Shown: one piece after another, positions 60,377 to 64,000 of the stretch
How positions within the stretch are numbered: the stretch's first letter is position 1
Layout of the letters: every line of letters starts with the position of its first letter
Assembly (NCBI GenBank): GCA_965367815.1
Contig: CBDUKN010000007.1
Span: 32,001 to 96,000, forward strand
Source of the DNA: an uncultured Thermoprotei archaeon
GTDB lineage: Archaea > Thermoproteota > Thermoprotei > Thermofilales > B15-G2
Length of the DNA stretch: 64,000 nt
Direction: 5' to 3'
Made by a program: the position numbers and the translations under genes
Notes under the pieces: model-generated
What the model saw: the letters and a program-made list of their open reading frames with translations, nothing else
What the model was told of the DNA's origin: nothing
Database searches by the model: none

Positions 60377-63300
60377 ATGCTCGACTTTAACGCCTTTCCA
60401 GTAACGAAAGTTGATGCCTCAGGTAAAGTAAATAGAGGTAAGTACAAAATTATAGGAAAGTGTGAGCTTGAAAAAGGAGTATTCAAAAACGTCGATATTT
60501 CTGGAGAGTACGCTGATTTAATTAAAGTTATTGAGGAAGCTGCTAAAGACGTAGATTTATCGTGTGCACTTGAGTTTTCTGTAAATTCTGAGTACCTCCT
60601 AGAAGCAGTTGACAGAAAAAGAGTTAGGCTAGATGTAGATGTCTTGAAGGAGATTCCAGAGAACCTTTACTCAGGCCTAAAAACTCTCTACAGGCTTAGC
60701 TTTATTTACGCCAAAGAGCTTTTTGAAAACGGCTGGAGGAGCGCACTTAAAAAAGTTTTAGAGGAATACAAGAGGCTTTCTGGTAGCGATAAAGAGCACT
60801 TGAGACGGGTCTTAGAGCAGCCCTGTATAGACGCACACAAGTTTTTCTTGAAGTTTCTCGAAAAAGCTTCTATTACTTCAGGAGATGAGCTAGAGTGGTG
60901 GATTACCTGGATTAGAGCCCAAGTAACGAGAGACTATCCCTACGATATTGAAAGAGTCCGAGAAATAATAGAGAGATACGGCGACGAAGTATATTCGAGC
61001 GAGGCAGTCGACGAATTTTACAGAGTAATTAAAGGCAGCTATAATGAAGACTTAGATGAAGAAAACATAGCTAGGCTAGCTAAGAGAGCTAGAGAAAAGG
61101 GCGAGCTAGTAGTATTCACTAGACTTGGACGTGCGTCAATAGTAATGGGCTATTTGCTGGCTGCGTCAAAAGTACTGAAGCCGGGGAGAGAACTGATTGA
61201 AGCTGTAGAGAGCTTGGAGAGCTATATTAAGAAGCTAGGGCTAGACGAACTGTATCCCTCGATACATAAACTAAAGCTCTTTCTCTCAAAAGAGGAAGTA
61301 AGTTTAGCTCAAATTATACGCTCAGTTAAATTAGCTTTAAGTGATGTCGAGGAGCTGGAAAAGAAGGTATCTAGGGAGCTAAGAGAGAAGCTCGAGAAAG
61401 AAGCTATTTCGAGCAGTGAAGCAGCAGAGCAGCTAGAATACTGGCACAGAAACCTGCTTGAAGTCAAGAAGAAGCTTTACGATATTCTAGGCAAGGCGCA
61501 CAAGCAGCCGTCGCGCCACGGAGTGTTCGTGTTCTTCGGGCAGAGAATATCTCCTCAAGGATCCTATAGAATAGCTCTCATAAACGAGAACCTAAGAGCA
61601 TACAAGGGCCCGTCGTTCGGCTTAGAGGAGTACATGATTAAGGGAGGCTACAACATCTACTGTACTCCATCGCTAAGAGTCTTAAAGTACGTCGACTACT
61701 GGATAGAGGCACTGCCGCTATTTATTCACGAGAAAGAGGGAGGAGGCTATGAAATAGACTACGAAAACCTTGAGGCAGCAATAAGGAAAATGGCTCCTTA
61801 CTGGGCACTGAACATCGAGAGAGCAGAAAAAGAGGGAACGAGAAGGCCTACATTCTGCCTAGTAACAACACAGAGCTACAATATGACTCACTTGGTGAGA
61901 TTCTGGCTAGAAGAAGAAATGGCTCTATTCAATACAATCAGGGCAAAAAACCTTGAAAAAGAAGTAGAAGCACTAGTTAAAGAGTACCGCAGAAAAATAG
62001 CTGAGTACGCTAACGAAGTAGTAGAGGAGCAGCATCTACATGAAGCACTATCAATAGAATTAAAGAAAACTAAAAACAAGGAAAAAGCTTTAATAAACAT
62101 AATATATAAAGATCCCGTTTTTGCACACCAAGTAGCGTGCTTAGCTCTAGTCAAAGAATATGGTCTCGAAAAGAAAGTAGAAGAAGAACTGAGTAAAGTT
62201 CTCTCAGAGAAACCTGGAATAAGCAGAGAGGAGGCTTTAGCTGAAGCTAGGGAAAGAGTTTTAGCGAAAACATTCATAGATCCCGAAACCTTTGAGCTAA
62301 CTTCAGAGCCTAGAGGAGTAGCTCTCATAGAGCTTGCTGGAAGATATCTTAGAGACCACTTAGACTTAGCGGAATCTACTGCGCGTAAAGAAGTTGTGGT
62401 CAAGCACGGGCTCTTAAAGGAACTCTACAGATACTGGTACTCTGCTGAAGGGCCTAACAAAAAGTATAATTTAGCGTATACACCGAGCAGAGTAGACTTA
62501 GGGCCAAATGAAATACCTTCAGTAATAGACCAAGGACAGCCAATAGGACCTGTTGACATAGAGTCTGGAGAAGCCACGAAAGAGCTCTTCGATAAAATCA
62601 ACATATCAATCGAAGGAGCCTACGTCTACCTGAATACAGCTTGCGCTGAAGGCCAGAAGACGCTAGAAAATGCTTCGAGAGACGACAACTATGCTTTTGC
62701 AAACATAGTGGCGCTAACAGCCCAGGCAATGGAGTCTAACGCTTACTCCATTATAGCCTACATAAACATGAGGCCTACACACCTAATACTCTGGCCGGGC
62801 AGAGGCTACGGAGGATTCTGTATACCTAAAGATGGCCTCTTCGTGAGCTATGTGCTCAGCCTCAAAAACAGAGACATTCTGCGTAAGCTTGGAGTACCTG
62901 AGCAAGCACACTTAAAAGTCTCTAAGCTAGTCGACGAGCTTCTTTCACTCAAACAAGAGTACGAAGATCCACTAGAGTGGATGGAGCTTGTAGAAGAAAA
63001 ACTAGGAGAGCTTATCGATAAGCTCAAGCAGGCAAGAATATACGTTCCTCCGCTTCAAGCAGTCTCAAGTGTAATCGAGAGACTTAGAGGGCCTAAAGAC
63101 CATTGGAGCGAGTACTTGAGAAAAGTCGCGTCAGTTCTCTACGAAGCGAGGTACGTGCCTTCACGAATGGTTAATAATTACATGCCTTACCATACTGCAG
63201 CCTGCATGTACCATGCACTAGACTTAGCCAGGAGGAAGAATCCTAAAGTCCCTGCCGACAGCGAAGCAGTTTTCTGTATACAGGCCTCCTATAAGCCGGG

Positions 63301-64000
63301 AGTACAGGATAGCAGACTTTCAACAGAATTCGAAGTATTCTTAGCACTAACTAAGTCAAAAGACAGGCTCAAGAGATTCCGCTGGAAAGAGCTGAGGGAG
63401 CTCGCGTCGCTAGCTCTCGACAAAAGATCCGTGCCCAAGGAAATTAGAGTAGTAGACCCGCTAATAAATACCCGGGACTGGCTTTTCGACAGTGAAATAG
63501 CTCTGAGGAGAAAAGCTGAGGGACTCAAAGAGATTCTCTTAGAGAAAATAGAAGGCTTCACCGAGGACGATATTAGAGTAAATGTCGAGAGATTTGGTGC
63601 AGAATACGAAAAATGGGTTATAGGCTTTAGAGAAAACGGAACTGAGGTAAAGCTCTCCGATAGACCTGAAATACTAGTAGAAGTAGCTAGAACAGTTTTC
63701 GAGGAAGAAGGCATAGAGTATGAAAAAGCCTTAAAGTACGCTAAAGTCTATGGCCTCGATTTCACTAAGTGGCCTGGGCTCACGCAAGATAAGGCTAAGT
63801 TGCTCAAAGAGCGTATTAAAGGACTCTTCCAGTGGCTCGTAGTATACACTAAAGGAATAATTCAAGATCCAGAAGAAGGCCTCAAAGGAGTAGATGTACT
63901 CAGCCTCGGCATACCTCACCCAGAGATACTGGCCTATGTCTTAGACTTACCTAGACTCAGATTCCTCATGACTACAGGAAACCCGTCTAGTGCTCTGGCA
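60377..64000 (+). CDS. Very large (at least 1208 aa, runs off the window) divergent UDP-glucose/GDP-mannose dehydrogenase-like protein
   Basis: Not in the ORF track, presumably because it has no stop in the window. In frame from ATG 60377: LAYTPSRVD, AEGQKTLENASRDDNYAFAN, WPGRGYGGFCIPKD, SYKPGVQDSR. Confidence 0.8.
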   Translation, partial: MLDFNAFPVTKVDASGKVNRGKYKIIGKCELEKGVFKNVDISGEYADLIKVIEEAAKDVDLSCALEFSVNSEYLLEAVDRKRVRLDVDVLKEIPENLYSGLKTLYRLSFIYAKELFENGWRSALKKVLEEYKRLSGSDKEHLRRVLEQPCIDAHKFFLKFLEKASITSGDELEWWITWIRAQVTRDYPYDIERVREIIERYGDEVYSSEAVDEFYRVIKGSYNEDLDEENIARLAKRAREKGELVVFTRLGRASIVMGYLLAASKVLKPGRELIEAVESLESYIKKLGLDELYPSIHKLKLFLSKEEVSLAQIIRSVKLALSDVEELEKKVSRELREKLEKEAISSSEAAEQLEYWHRNLLEVKKKLYDILGKAHKQPSRHGVFVFFGQRISPQGSYRIALINENLRAYKGPSFGLEEYMIKGGYNIYCTPSLRVLKYVDYWIEALPLFIHEKEGGGYEIDYENLEAAIRKMAPYWALNIERAEKEGTRRPTFCLVTTQSYNMTHLVRFWLEEEMALFNTIRAKNLEKEVEALVKEYRRKIAEYANEVVEEQHLHEALSIELKKTKNKEKALINIIYKDPVFAHQVACLALVKEYGLEKKVEEELSKVLSEKPGISREEALAEARERVLAKTFIDPETFELTSEPRGVALIELAGRYLRDHLDLAESTARKEVVVKHGLLKELYRYWYSAEGPNKKYNLAYTPSRVDLGPNEIPSVIDQGQPIGPVDIESGEATKELFDKINISIEGAYVYLNTACAEGQKTLENASRDDNYAFANIVALTAQAMESNAYSIIAYINMRPTHLILWPGRGYGGFCIPKDGLFVSYVLSLKNRDILRKLGVPEQAHLKVSKLVDELLSLKQEYEDPLEWMELVEEKLGELIDKLKQARIYVPPLQAVSSVIERLRGPKDHWSEYLRKVASVLYEARYVPSRMVNNYMPYHTAACMYHALDLARRKNPKVPADSEAVFCIQASYKPGVQDSRLSTEFEVFLALTKSKDRLKRFRWKELRELASLALDKRSVPKEIRVVDPLINTRDWLFDSEIALRRKAEGLKEILLEKIEGFTEDDIRVNVERFGAEYEKWVIGFRENGTEVKLSDRPEILVEVARTVFEEEGIEYEKALKYAKVYGLDFTKWPGLTQDKAKLLKERIKGLFQWLVVYTKGIIQDPEEGLKGVDVLSLGIPHPEILAYVLDLPRLRFLMTTGNPSSALA

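Noticed and set aside
1247-63919. Many short ORFs in the track overlapping larger genes (for example 1247-1591, 27607-28029, 41034-41498, 61888-62403, 63289-63714)
   Set aside because: Antisense or alternate-frame shadows of well-supported genes, with no motifs
1-64000. CRISPR array, tRNA or rRNA genes
   Set aside because: No regularly spaced repeats, cloverleaf or rRNA-like stretch seen by eye

Overview
Archaeal chromosomal window, probably Thermoproteota and possibly Thermofilum-like (inferred from gene content only). Housekeeping and metabolic genes include hypF, hypE, lysA, thrC, acdA, glpQ, a PDCD5 homologue, a radical SAM enzyme and a heterodimeric ABC exporter. The strongest lead is a 2181-bp transposase-less TnpB element that splits a HEPN toxin gene at a GG core. 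The RNA on either side of tnpB can form a 21-bp long-range helix, a bulge-helix-bulge-like motif and a second 8-bp helix. This suggests tnpB is an archaeal-type intron inside its own omega-RNA. The second lead is a ~17-kb cluster with no ATPase gene, holding three FtsX/MacB-like paralogues (one fused to a degenerate PA/M28 domain), two OPT-like membrane proteins, an alpha/alpha-barrel ectoprotein and a GT-C-like protein. Also seen are a Rab-like GTPase beside a V4R gene, a candidate longin-roadblock fusion, five candidate C/D box sRNAs, several pseudogenes and a giant divergent nucleotide-sugar dehydrogenase missing from the ORF track. No CRISPR array, tRNA or rRNA was seen. All family calls come from manual motif reading; no database search or folding software was run.
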